NCBI GenBank assembly: GCA_050293845.1
Contig: JBNKNM010000098.1
Coordinates: 1-19,503 of the forward strand
Length of the DNA stretch: 19,503 nt
Reading direction: 5' to 3'
Origin: Pseudobacteriovorax sp.
GTDB taxonomy: Bacteria; Bdellovibrionota_B; Oligoflexia; Oligoflexales; Oligoflexaceae
Position numbers and translations under genes: made by a program
The notes under the pieces: model-generated
Told to the model about the DNA's origin: nothing
What the model saw: the letters and a program-made list of their open reading frames with translations, nothing else
The model's database searches: none
Part shown: in pieces, positions 6,582-16,392 of the stretch
How positions within the stretch are numbered: position 1 is the stretch's first letter
How the letters are laid out: the number at the start of each line of letters is the position of its first letter

Positions 6582-7601
6582 ATGAAACAAATAATTATTT
6601 TCGCTTTGCTAGTAAACCTGATTGCCTGCAAGGAGAAATCGTCTCCTCCTGATCCAACTTTTCTCATTCAAAAAGATTCTGCAAAGATCGACGACGATAT
6701 TGAGTCTATGGAGCTATTAGGGCGGAGCGTATATTTATCTAGCAAATCCAGTTCCGTAAGTTTTACATTAGAAGGCTCTTTGAATCTCTCTAAAAAAGAA
6801 ACGATCAACCGTCAGATCCTGCCTATCCTTTCTCAAAATGGTATCAACTATCTTCTTTTAGAAGACAGGGAGTCTCTCCTAGATCAAACTCCCTTGGAAG
6901 ACGACCTTCCTGAGGAAGGGGAAGATGTTCAACTCAGCCTTGCAGCACCTATAATTCTTTTTAACCCAGAAAAAAATCCTATTGGAGCTGCTACCCAAGA
7001 TAATAATACGGGCTTAATTTATACCTACCTAAGGGGTATGGGTCTGTTGGCCACTGCCCCTGAACAGACTGACTTCACTGCCTTTATTGATACTCAGCTC
7101 ATTGACTCAGCTGTCAGCCCGCGAAAAATGATCGTTCATCGCTCGAAGCTCATTCTTCTGGATTTTGATTTTGGAATATGGGTTTTTAGTTTATCTGATC
7201 CTTTAACACCACGCTTGGAACAAAGTATATCAATTAGTGATTATAATTCGGATATCGTTGCTGTAAATTCTTCTACTATTGCAGTTTCCACTGCCAGAGA
7301 CGGAATAAAAATTTTCGCGATTAACAATGGTTCTTACCGTCATACTCGAACAATCACCACTCATGGAGCTGTCACCAAGATGGTCCCGTTCAATGATCTA
7401 CTCTATGTTAGCGAAAAAATTTCTCAACGTGAGAGCTATTTATCGATTTTAAATGAAAATGATTCCGTGACACGACCTATCTATGTTACCGACTATGAAA
7501 TTGAAAACTTTAGTATCGGTTCAAGTGGTGATTTCCTGGTAAGTTACGACTCTCTAGGAGAACTTCGAATCTACGATACCTTTATTCAGGACTTGCGATA
7601 A
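6582..7601 (+). CDS. Lipoprotein with beta-propeller/LVIVD-like repeats
   Basis: Lipobox LIAC(16); blade-like units LILLDFDFGIWVFSLSDPLTPRL and IAVSTARDGIKIFAINN. Confidence 0.65.
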   Translation: MKQIIIFALLVNLIACKEKSSPPDPTFLIQKDSAKIDDDIESMELLGRSVYLSSKSSSVSFTLEGSLNLSKKETINRQILPILSQNGINYLLLEDRESLLDQTPLEDDLPEEGEDVQLSLAAPIILFNPEKNPIGAATQDNNTGLIYTYLRGMGLLATAPEQTDFTAFIDTQLIDSAVSPRKMIVHRSKLILLDFDFGIWVFSLSDPLTPRLEQSISISDYNSDIVAVNSSTIAVSTARDGIKIFAINNGSYRHTRTITTHGAVTKMVPFNDLLYVSEKISQRESYLSILNENDSVTRPIYVTDYEIENFSIGSSGDFLVSYDSLGELRIYDTFIQDLR

Positions 7602-9340
7602 TGAATTTCACTAGGAATATTTATTTCATTCTTTTGTCTCTTCAACTTTTTGCTTGTTCAAAGTATGAAGGTGAGGACTATGTAGGTTCCTGCCCTGGTC
7701 CAGACACAAGCCTATCAGGTGCAGACTTAAAAGATAAAGATCTTAGTGCTTGCGATTTCAGCTATAGGAACTTAGCAGGTATAAAGTTCAGTGATACCAA
7801 TCTTGATGGCGCAAATTTCTCTCATGCTATTTTAGATGGTTCAACTTTCACTCGGGTTCATGGTGAAGGGGTTCTCTTTACAGGGGCAAAACTGGATTCA
7901 GTTACCTTCGACGAGGCTCACTTCATCAATAGTGATTTTTCTAGCAGCACCCTCCACGACAGTCACTGGTTAAACACTACTTTGGAATCGGTCGACCTAC
8001 GCCGTAGTCGTGGCCATCAAGTTCTATTTGAAAATTCGGTCCTTTATAGGACTCAACTAAGTGATACAATGCTGGCCTTTTCTGAAGTATTAGGCACGAC
8101 AATTCAGGATTCTATTATTAGTCACAGTAGCGAGCGCACTGGATTTAGCAATGTGAAATTTTCAAATTCTCAAATCCACCAAAACGACTGGACAAGTAGT
8201 CGTTTAAGTTCAGTTATTTTTACTGACAGCACACTAATGATGGGAAATATTTTTGACCAAGTTAATATTGATAGCAGCCAGTTTATAAACGTCAGTGTAG
8301 CTGACATTAAATTTAGCAATGCTAGGATCAGCAATTCTACTATCACTGACTCAACCTTCTCCACAGATGCTGATAATAATCCGGGCCCTCCGTGGCACAC
8401 CAACTATGAAGGTGACTTTAACTTCGATGCTCCCGAGATCAATGTCGAAAAAATAAATTTTGTTTCCTCCAATCTTGATCGTTTAGCAATAAACAATAGC
8501 CATCTTGCAATGGTCGTTTTCGATTCGAGTACAGGGCAGATTTTAGTTGATAACTCCAACTTGGAATCATCAAAATTCTTACAGTCGACTTTTACCGAAT
8601 CAAGCTTCAGTAATCAAAGCAATCTTAGCAAAGCAGAATTCAAAGAATCAAACCTCAATGGAAGCAGCTTTGTTGGTAGTTTTCTTAACTCAAGTATATT
8701 TTTTGGAGGTCAACTGCAGGACGTTAGGTTTTCTGGAGTTGAAGGTAATTCAGCTAGCTTCTCCGAAGTGAAAATGAACGGAGTCAATTTTCATACCAGT
8801 GCTTTTCAAGCGGCCCAGTTTAACGCAATCGTAGATTTTGACAGCCAATTTTATGAAACTACTGTCACAAACTCTAAGTGGGAGAATATCGGCGATGCGG
8901 TTATTAACTTTTTCTCGTCAGATATGTCCGAAAGTTTTGTAAAAAACTCCAACATTAGTTTTCACGCTATCTCTGACTCAAAGATCGATGGTATTCAGAG
9001 TGAAAATTTTGCATTTACCAGTGTTGTCCCTTGGGAAGCGAATCCTTTTAAAACAATGGTCGAAGGTGCTAGTTTCAGCGGATCTTATATCCATGGCCCC
9101 CTAGGTGACTACTTTTATGAGTGGATATTTCAGCGTAAGCAACCATGTACCAGTCGCGCAGTTGTTACACCATCACGAATGCACACCCATCCCGATACGC
9201 CAGCACCTTTTGGGTATGGGACTGTCGTAATGACACCTGAAATGATTAAGAATATGGCCGGCATGCGACTCCATGGCTACTGCGGAGTAACCTATCAATG
9301 CCGGTTGTCTGGTGCAAACTTAATCTGTGAGGGCACCTGA
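7601..9340 (+). CDS. Pentapeptide-repeat lipoprotein
   Basis: Lipobox LFAC(19); long 5-residue periodicity (SLSGA DLKDK DLSAC DFSYR NLAGI KFSDT NLDGA NFSHA ILDGS) over ~430 aa; Cys/Pro-containing C-terminal cap. Confidence 0.92.
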   Translation: MNFTRNIYFILLSLQLFACSKYEGEDYVGSCPGPDTSLSGADLKDKDLSACDFSYRNLAGIKFSDTNLDGANFSHAILDGSTFTRVHGEGVLFTGAKLDSVTFDEAHFINSDFSSSTLHDSHWLNTTLESVDLRRSRGHQVLFENSVLYRTQLSDTMLAFSEVLGTTIQDSIISHSSERTGFSNVKFSNSQIHQNDWTSSRLSSVIFTDSTLMMGNIFDQVNIDSSQFINVSVADIKFSNARISNSTITDSTFSTDADNNPGPPWHTNYEGDFNFDAPEINVEKINFVSSNLDRLAINNSHLAMVVFDSSTGQILVDNSNLESSKFLQSTFTESSFSNQSNLSKAEFKESNLNGSSFVGSFLNSSIFFGGQLQDVRFSGVEGNSASFSEVKMNGVNFHTSAFQAAQFNAIVDFDSQFYETTVTNSKWENIGDAVINFFSSDMSESFVKNSNISFHAISDSKIDGIQSENFAFTSVVPWEANPFKTMVEGASFSGSYIHGPLGDYFYEWIFQRKQPCTSRAVVTPSRMHTHPDTPAPFGYGTVVMTPEMIKNMAGMRLHGYCGVTYQCRLSGANLICEGT

Positions 9341-9343
9341 TTT

Positions 9344-10048
9344 ATGAAATTTTTCCACCCTGTATATATTGTAGCGATATTACTAGAGCTAGTTTCTGCA
9401 AGTGCTTACGGTTCAGATTACTGCTCGAAGCCGCAGAGCAATTCCTATGAATTCACGCGTCAAGTCATTATCAAAAAATTGGCTATACAAGGTTTAAGCT
9501 GCCCTGAACAAGAGCATCACCTAAAGTCTATTAAGACCATCGATCTCTCTTCAAGAGGCATTGAGAATGTCAAGCCTTTGCTAGCCTTAGAAAATATTGA
9601 GATCATCAAGCTCAAAGATAATAACATCAAAAGCGCAGAATCTTTGCTATACCTAAATAATATTCGTGAGTTAGACTTATCTCAAAATAAAATTGAAAGC
9701 TTTAATGTGACGCGCGAGACGCCAAGTCTTGAGGTTCTCCGCATAGATTTCTCTCACGAAAAAGTCAATATCAGAGGCTTGGGTAAGCTAAGCAATATCA
9801 AGACACTATCTCTTAAGAAAGCTGGAATTCGATCAGTGAGCGCTTTCTTTGCACTGCCTGAGTCGGCGACAACTCTAGATCTTTCTTGGAACTCACTTAA
9901 CAACGCAAATGATTTGATCCAGCTGTTATCGAGAATGAATGTAAGCTTTTTTCCAAGTAAAACACTATGTATGGCACGATTTCGAAATCGTTCCCACACT
10001 ATCGCACATATTTGCGAACCATATCTAGCTCAAGAGGAAGGTAGATGA
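9344..10048 (+). CDS. Exported leucine-rich repeat protein (internalin-like LRRs)
   Basis: Signal peptide ending ASAYG; LRRs IKTIDLSSRGI, IEIIKLKDNNI, IRELDLSQNKI, IKTLSLKKAGI, TTLDLSWNSL; Cys-containing N- and C-caps. Confidence 0.88.
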   Translation: MKFFHPVYIVAILLELVSASAYGSDYCSKPQSNSYEFTRQVIIKKLAIQGLSCPEQEHHLKSIKTIDLSSRGIENVKPLLALENIEIIKLKDNNIKSAESLLYLNNIRELDLSQNKIESFNVTRETPSLEVLRIDFSHEKVNIRGLGKLSNIKTLSLKKAGIRSVSAFFALPESATTLDLSWNSLNNANDLIQLLSRMNVSFFPSKTLCMARFRNRSHTIAHICEPYLAQEEGR

Positions 10049-10968
10049 AATTACTCTTAATTATGATCAGCATCAGTTATTTAGCTGCTTGTGAAAAATT
10101 AGACGATCAAAACAATTCAAATGTTGGTGATCTAGCCCATCACAATCAGAAAGAAATTGAGGAGCTTAATCGTTCTGTCAATGCTGAAAAACTGAATAGT
10201 CGTGATCTATCCCAAAACCTAGAGGGAGACGTACGCGCTCTCCAGGACTGGCGCAATATGGTTCACGAAACGGCAATCAGCTCTGAAGCCTTCAATATAG
10301 CTGTAGAGAAACAATTCCAACCCCTATACGATTGCCTGAATAATCTCGATAACAGTAGTTGCCTGGTTATACAAGAAATCAAATCGTGCCTTAGTTCCCC
10401 CAATCCGCAGAATTCTGACTTTTGCGCGGCAATCGATGCTCTCTTTGCAAAAAATCTCAATCAAGATCAAAAAATTGATTTCTTAGAAACATGCCTAAGG
10501 AAAAATCCCCAGTTTCAGTTCTCACTAGCCGCACCTTGGACAATTGATTTTGACGAAACAATAGCCGGCTGTACTGGCCTTCAGTTTATTGCCGAGTACA
10601 GCCGCCAACTCGCAGAAGCCTTAGATAAAAAGATAGATGATAGCGTAGAAGCCTTAGATAAAAAGATAGATGATAGGCATCAACAACAAGAGCAGCACAT
10701 CAAAAACTTGGAACAGCGAATAGCTGAACTAGAAAGTACTATTGAAGGTTTTGCTGATATAGCTACTTTATTGGATAGACTAAGCAACCTAGAAGGGCAA
10801 CGGACTCACGAAATTCAGGTCATAGAAAAACTTTCTGCCGACTCGAAACAGCTCTTTTTAGAGCTTAAAAGGGAAGGGAATATGGTCAATATTGATGATA
10901 AGCAAATTAATGACTGCATGTTTAACAACCTCCCCAGTAACAGTGAACTCCCCAATTGTTTGGATTAA
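10045..10968 (+). CDS. Coiled-coil, Cys-containing lipoprotein of unknown function
   Basis: Lipobox LAAC(16); coiled-coil segments (IKNLEQRIAELESTIE); a Cys-rich central region; ATGA overlap with the LRR gene. Confidence 0.75.
   Translation: MKLLLIMISISYLAACEKLDDQNNSNVGDLAHHNQKEIEELNRSVNAEKLNSRDLSQNLEGDVRALQDWRNMVHETAISSEAFNIAVEKQFQPLYDCLNNLDNSSCLVIQEIKSCLSSPNPQNSDFCAAIDALFAKNLNQDQKIDFLETCLRKNPQFQFSLAAPWTIDFDETIAGCTGLQFIAEYSRQLAEALDKKIDDSVEALDKKIDDRHQQQEQHIKNLEQRIAELESTIEGFADIATLLDRLSNLEGQRTHEIQVIEKLSADSKQLFLELKREGNMVNIDDKQINDCMFNNLPSNSELPNCLD
10614..10676 (+). repeat. In-frame tandem duplication, 30-bp exact unit with 33-bp period
   Basis: AGAAGCCTTAGATAAAAAGATAGATGATAG at 10614-10643 and 10647-10676, encoding EALDKKIDD twice. 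Confidence 0.95.
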
Positions 10969-10973
10969 ACACT

Positions 10974-13900
10974 ATGCGTCACTACCCCATTTTTCTTCAG
11001 ATTCTGCTACTACTGGCTTGTAATGCAGGTAACGTTGATAGCACTAGTGTGCAAGAAAATAGCAGCATCTCAGCAAACAGCAGTACCAGCAGATCTGCTA
11101 CAGTCTCCCCGAATCTCGGTACACGTTCGGACACGCCCATTTGCGATGACAACAACTGTGAACCACCAATTCCAGATGGTACCGGCGACGATCCTCCACG
11201 CGAATGGCCTACTGGTACCATTATTATACCAGGCACGCCGCCAATCGGTGAGTTGCCAACTCTACCAGGTACTCTCACTTGTACACTACCAGCGCCGACC
11301 TATCACTTCGGCGGCTGTGACACTAGTAGCAGTATCCCCTGGTACCGAAAAAAAATTGATGGCGACTTGATGTTAGAGCAGTATGAAGCTCACAGGCAGA
11401 CCCAAAACTTAAATCAACGGAAAGTCGAAGTAATCGTTCTCGACTCCGGATACGAGTACTACATCCAGGATTCTAGTACCCTAGTTAAAAGTCCATATGC
11501 TGATGCCATTCCCGAAGTTGATTTTGCGATGGGTCAAATTTATCGCGATGGGCACGGTCAAGTGAGTACTAAAATAGAACTTTATGCGGACAGGGTGGAA
11601 CAGGCCGCCAGGGCTGACTTTGTCAATGGTACCTTAAGAAATGGTTACGCTGATACCACTGACCTACACGGAACCCATGTCAATGCCACTGTCGCTGGTT
11701 GCTCTCAAAATGGGGTTGCTAAAAATATTATCCTAAGTTCTTTCCGCTTTGAGCTAGGCAATGCTTGTAACCCCCAGCAAGATGACCTTGTTGCCGCTAT
11801 CGATAAGGTTTGTGAACGAGCCAGTAGAACCCAAGATGACTTTAAAATCATAAACGTGAGCATAGGCTCACTAGCCGATGAAGTCGGTTATGACGAACGT
11901 GGTTTACCCAACAAGCCCTTTCGAGATAAATTGCCAAAATGGCGGGAAAAGGGCTGCTTGGTTGTCCAGGCCTCTGGTAATGATTCTTATATCCGACGCT
12001 ATAATATGTCGAATCAGCTCTATAAATCCATGCGTGAAAAGCATTTAGAAGAAGCTACTGTATTTAAACGCTTGCTCGCACCATTCTACTTGCCCAGAGT
12101 CGCGGATAACCTTTTTCCAACCGAGAGCGTTATCGAATCAAAAAGAGAGGTAGAACTGAAAAATGCCTTACTCCGGGTCGGAGCTACTGGATCAATTGGG
12201 TACTATTCATCCTATTCTTCTTTGGGAGAAATTAAAGCACCGGGCACCAAACTACAAATATTTGATAGGGAAATCTCTGGAACAAGCTTCGCTGCCCCTG
12301 TGGTCACATCGCTTTTGGCAGAAATCGCTGCCACTGTCAGAACATTCAATTCCCAATATTGGAGTGTTCTTGACCCTAGTGAAAAAATTGATCTGTCTAT
12401 CGACATTCTTAACCGTTCCCAGCTTGCAGGGGTACCCAATGGCTTGCGTGCCACTTCTATGGCGCGTGCCGTTGCCGAAAACCAGAACCTCCTTGGTCAG
12501 GAATGGAGTAGCTCTGAAATGCAATCTCAGCTCTGTCCTGTACGATTAAAAGAAGAGACTCAAAGCTGTCAAAGCTTGCTAGAGGCAAACAGTACAACCC
12601 CACTTAGAACGAGTGAGGCCGTGGATCAATGTCGCAAAACCGTTCGCAGAAGTCTTACTCTATGCCACCCGAGTGATGAAGAGCAAACTATGGCTCACAT
12701 CAGACGAACAAAACTGATGATCGATTTTCACTACAACGAGCTAGCCGATCGAGCCGCAATGCATCGCCTAGAGGCGGGTTTTGAAACCTTAGCCAACTCC
12801 CCATTAGCCCTGAACTTCATTCAGACTCAGGTCGATGAACTTATACCTTCCCTATTACAATTAACGAGCCTTGTCGGTTTGTTTTCCGCTGACTATAGCT
12901 CGGGAGAATGGCTCAACATAAATATTTCTTTGATGAGACACTTAGCCTTAGCTAGTGACTCGCAGCAAGTAAGAGATTTATTTTCGAAGTTCACTCACTA
13001 TGTCATCACCTCAGAAATATTCGACTACGAGATGCAAAAAAGGAGTGGTAGAGGCTCAGAAGAAAAGCTAGAGCTGTTAGCTGAAATCCTTAAAGTGGGG
13101 ATCAGTAAGTTCGGGCTGGATTTTATGACACAGACACTCGATGATAGCTATTCCACTGTGTACCAGAGTCACAGTTCCTGGCTAGAAGATCATAACTCAT
13201 ACCATTTCGTTCCCATACTTCGCCTCTTAGATAAGTTACGTGGAACTGAGTTATCCAGTAAAGCTATGGAGCTTGAAAGTAATATCATGGCAACTCTTGA
13301 TAGTCTGAGCTCGGTAATTAATCCCGTCAGATACTGGCGTCCAATCGCCATGTACAAGCCTGGAATTTCATACCTCCGCGACAATGATTGGATTCCCGGA
13401 AAAATCATCAGCGACGATATGTTCCATTTAGATTTAAGTTACCTTAAATCATCAGCCCAGCGTTATGTTAGAGCTCATGGCCCCAGTACAGTTGGTCTTA
13501 TCAATCTTGCAGCTGTCGCCAGTAGTAACCAGTGGAACCCCCAAGGTGTCTTTACAACCAAAGACTTTAAAACTGCCAACAGAGTCTATATCAACGGAGT
13601 CAATGACAATCATTTTTTTGAATTACTGGGGCAACAAGAAGATGGTGAAATCGCAGCGCTTGATTACATCCGCGACAGACTGATACTTGTGGATATAAAT
13701 ACAGCTCCTTCTAAGGCTAATTGCCTCGAATGGGATCATCCTAATATCTTGATGAACGCCGACCTAGATGTCGATCTTATTGATTTTTGGGTACCATGTG
13801 ACTATCAAGCCCAGAGGCTTTCCAGCTATGAAATTATGATGACCAAGCCTCGCCATTTCCGTCAGTGCTTATCACCCGTTCATGCTGACAAATACAATCT

Positions 13901-15302
13901 CGACCCGAATCCCAATGGTGTTGATCAGGGTATTTATAATTGCGAACTGCAGCAAAGCAGCGAACAATTATCAAAAACAATACTCGATACCATCGACGAG
14001 TCTAATCACCAACTATACTCCCAGGAAATCCAAGAGCTATCGGTAACGAACCTCTTAAACTTCAACGAGCTATCGAGGAAACAGACATTAGACTACTTGG
14101 ACTTAAGAAGCTTTGATGACCTTGGATTTCTCGTGCTGGCATTGGAAGCCCTCAACACCGATCCAGCTGGTCCTGAGTTTCAAGCCAAAGAAGATTTTAT
14201 GGAACTATACGTGGATATATTAGCCCACGAAGATTATCGGAACGATAGGTTTATATTTTTTAAAGATGCGGTTCAAGTCTTCTTGAACCATTTCGAAGGA
14301 CTTAATAATACAAGGACTTCCTTTGAAAATAAGCTATTTTTGCGGAACTCCTTTTTTCAGACAATAATCAATGCCCAGCGTACAGCTCTAGAGCAAGCTG
14401 ATGCCAGCGATGTCATCAACCTTGGAAAAGCTTTCCGACTTTTGCGGAACTCGACCCTCTGCCAGGTTTACGGCACCGCAACTTTTAACCATGCCTGGGA
14501 AACTTTCCCTCTCTCGGCTAGCAAACGTGACTCAGTCTATCTTCCTCTACTACTTCACCAAGGTGTTACCAATGGGACGGGAAACTACCGATATGCCTAT
14601 GAAGAGGCACGGCTTTTCGCTAATAGTTGCTGGGGTAGTTCTACCCATACTAATGATGATGATGGACTATCGTGCTCAGCTGACAGTAAAGATCTAGACA
14701 TCATGTTTGTTATCGATCGCTCTGGTTCTATGGGTCCTCATGCTGATAAAGTCAAATTTTGGACCAAATTTCTCGTAGCTAGATTGAAGGATAAAGGCTG
14801 TTATCCCCGCGTCGGTGCCTTGACTTATGAGGCTGCCGTCGATGAAAAACGTCAGTTACCTAGCACTGACTTGGATGAATTCAGCAAGTTTATGGATGAG
14901 ATTGAAATCGCTGGCGGTATCGAGGTGGGACTAGCCGCTGTCAAGGAAGCATTAACAATACTAAATCCCAGCGATCAGATAGGTACGGATCATCGTAAGT
15001 TTATTGTGCTGATCTCTGATGAACTCAGCTATAACCTCAATCCTTACTCAGCTGACATTTTTCCTTTAGTCAACTTTTGGATCGATCAACGAGAAAGATT
15101 TAAAAACACCTATTTCACTCACGCGGTGATCGATGGTTCCCCTTTGCAGCAAGCAACGCAAATCGGAAGTCTCTTAAATGAAGCGCTTAGTGAGGACCAC
15201 GGTGGACGTTCCATTCATTACTCACTTGAGTTTCCCATGGATTTTGATAACTTTGTTTTTGATTTTACAAACTTCATTATAGCAGAGTTAAATGCCTCAT
15301 AG
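10974..15302 (+). CDS. Large S8 (subtilisin-family) serine protease lipoprotein with C-terminal von Willebrand factor A domain
   Basis: Likely start ATG 10974 (MRHYPIFLQILLLLAC lipobox). Catalytic motifs VIVLDSG (Asp 11442), HGTHV (His 11667), SGND (oxyanion Asn), SGTSFAAP (Ser 12285). vWA MIDAS FVIDRSGSM (14715) and LISDE. Confidence 0.92.
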   Translation: MRHYPIFLQILLLLACNAGNVDSTSVQENSSISANSSTSRSATVSPNLGTRSDTPICDDNNCEPPIPDGTGDDPPREWPTGTIIIPGTPPIGELPTLPGTLTCTLPAPTYHFGGCDTSSSIPWYRKKIDGDLMLEQYEAHRQTQNLNQRKVEVIVLDSGYEYYIQDSSTLVKSPYADAIPEVDFAMGQIYRDGHGQVSTKIELYADRVEQAARADFVNGTLRNGYADTTDLHGTHVNATVAGCSQNGVAKNIILSSFRFELGNACNPQQDDLVAAIDKVCERASRTQDDFKIINVSIGSLADEVGYDERGLPNKPFRDKLPKWREKGCLVVQASGNDSYIRRYNMSNQLYKSMREKHLEEATVFKRLLAPFYLPRVADNLFPTESVIESKREVELKNALLRVGATGSIGYYSSYSSLGEIKAPGTKLQIFDREISGTSFAAPVVTSLLAEIAATVRTFNSQYWSVLDPSEKIDLSIDILNRSQLAGVPNGLRATSMARAVAENQNLLGQEWSSSEMQSQLCPVRLKEETQSCQSLLEANSTTPLRTSEAVDQCRKTVRRSLTLCHPSDEEQTMAHIRRTKLMIDFHYNELADRAAMHRLEAGFETLANSPLALNFIQTQVDELIPSLLQLTSLVGLFSADYSSGEWLNINISLMRHLALASDSQQVRDLFSKFTHYVITSEIFDYEMQKRSGRGSEEKLELLAEILKVGISKFGLDFMTQTLDDSYSTVYQSHSSWLEDHNSYHFVPILRLLDKLRGTELSSKAMELESNIMATLDSLSSVINPVRYWRPIAMYKPGISYLRDNDWIPGKIISDDMFHLDLSYLKSSAQRYVRAHGPSTVGLINLAAVASSNQWNPQGVFTTKDFKTANRVYINGVNDNHFFELLGQQEDGEIAALDYIRDRLILVDINTAPSKANCLEWDHPNILMNADLDVDLIDFWVPCDYQAQRLSSYEIMMTKPRHFRQCLSPVHADKYNLDPNPNGVDQGIYNCELQQSSEQLSKTILDTIDESNHQLYSQEIQELSVTNLLNFNELSRKQTLDYLDLRSFDDLGFLVLALEALNTDPAGPEFQAKEDFMELYVDILAHEDYRNDRFIFFKDAVQVFLNHFEGLNNTRTSFENKLFLRNSFFQTIINAQRTALEQADASDVINLGKAFRLLRNSTLCQVYGTATFNHAWETFPLSASKRDSVYLPLLLHQGVTNGTGNYRYAYEEARLFANSCWGSSTHTNDDDGLSCSADSKDLDIMFVIDRSGSMGPHADKVKFWTKFLVARLKDKGCYPRVGALTYEAAVDEKRQLPSTDLDEFSKFMDEIEIAGGIEVGLAAVKEALTILNPSDQIGTDHRKFIVLISDELSYNLNPYSADIFPLVNFWIDQRERFKNTYFTHAVIDGSPLQQATQIGSLLNEALSEDHGGRSIHYSLEFPMDFDNFVFDFTNFIIAELNAS

Positions 15303-15384
15303 CACTGCCTGCAAGGCTTGCTCATTCACAAATGCGAATTTGAAAGGAATCGGCATATAGGCAAGGGGGCGATTGAACTTTGCC

Positions 15385-16392
15385 TTAAATCAAACTAAGT
15401 AAAAAATCGATAGTGAGAGCTTCTTGAGGGATTCTCTGCTTTTTTGCGAAAAGTTCACATATGTCATTTGTTAGGTCGGTATCGCTATAAAAAATCGATG
15501 CAATTTCTATAGGCGATATGGAAGCAGTACTTTCATCACTCAGCCGTTGAAATGTCGGATGAAGCATCGCTCTATAGCCGAATAGATAGGGGTCCACGAT
15601 GAACGTGGGTAATTCTTGACTATTTCGCATCAAAGTCCCTAAGATCCGCAGTCCCGTAGGGTCTAAATCACCTAAGTAAAAAAAACGATGATTGGCAAAG
15701 ATTTCATCTAATAAAATATAACTGGCATTGATTTCCTGTCCCCGACCTAAAACGGTTCCCGCAAACTTTTTAGTTTTTTGATTCCAGTCAGTATAGGTCC
15801 AATAGGTATCGCAATTTTCAAGAATTAGTACGTCCTTGGATTCACTTTCCGACACTTTTGTAAAAGCCAGAGGTGGCGGTCTATACTGCGCATTCAAATC
15901 TTTGAGCTTAAGATAAGAAAGGCCAAATAAGTTGCCAGTATTCTTATCATGGTATCCGTCGAGTGTTTTTTCATGACCAAATATTTTATAGCTCAACTCT
16001 CTTATTGTTGTAGGGGGGAAATTCTGATTGCGGGTGAGATAGTTATCTATCTTTACAAGGGCTGCAATTAAGTTTTGTGTTTTTTGTGTTTTTTTATCGA
16101 AAAAAATACGCATGACTCTTGGATCAAAAAATTTAGGAGTAGAAGTCTTTACAGGTATTGTTTGATCCTCTAGCTTAATAAAACTAGGTAATAAAGCCTC
16201 CGTCGTATTGGGAGTGCTAATACACTTCTCTTGCTCTAGAAATGATAATTTTTGCAAAAGTAGTCTGTCTAATGTTTCCTGAGGGGGTTGGTATACTGAT
16301 AAGAATAGATCGCGTACTTCATTAATAGGTTTCCTTGAGGTATGAATTTCTCTTAGCTTGTCGAGAAAATGCGAATCTAATGAACTAATCAT
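15385..16392 (-). CDS. jetD: Wadjet JetD-like Toprim nuclease (DUF2220/DUF2399-type)
   Basis: RELSYKIFGHEKTL, Toprim glutamate VLILENCDTY, VLGRG, YLGDLDPTGLRI (DxD), IPQEAL; ATGA-coupled to an SMC-like gene. Confidence 0.85.
   Translation of the reverse strand: MISSLDSHFLDKLREIHTSRKPINEVRDLFLSVYQPPQETLDRLLLQKLSFLEQEKCISTPNTTEALLPSFIKLEDQTIPVKTSTPKFFDPRVMRIFFDKKTQKTQNLIAALVKIDNYLTRNQNFPPTTIRELSYKIFGHEKTLDGYHDKNTGNLFGLSYLKLKDLNAQYRPPPLAFTKVSESESKDVLILENCDTYWTYTDWNQKTKKFAGTVLGRGQEINASYILLDEIFANHRFFYLGDLDPTGLRILGTLMRNSQELPTFIVDPYLFGYRAMLHPTFQRLSDESTASISPIEIASIFYSDTDLTNDICELFAKKQRIPQEALTIDFLLSLI

Noticed and set aside
10614..10676. CRISPR-like repeat
   Set aside because: Only two copies, a 3-nt spacer, in frame within a CDS, and no cas genes.
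15303..15384. Bidirectional terminator between the convergent S8 and jetD genes
   Set aside because: Only short or imperfect stems without convincing U-tracts are present.
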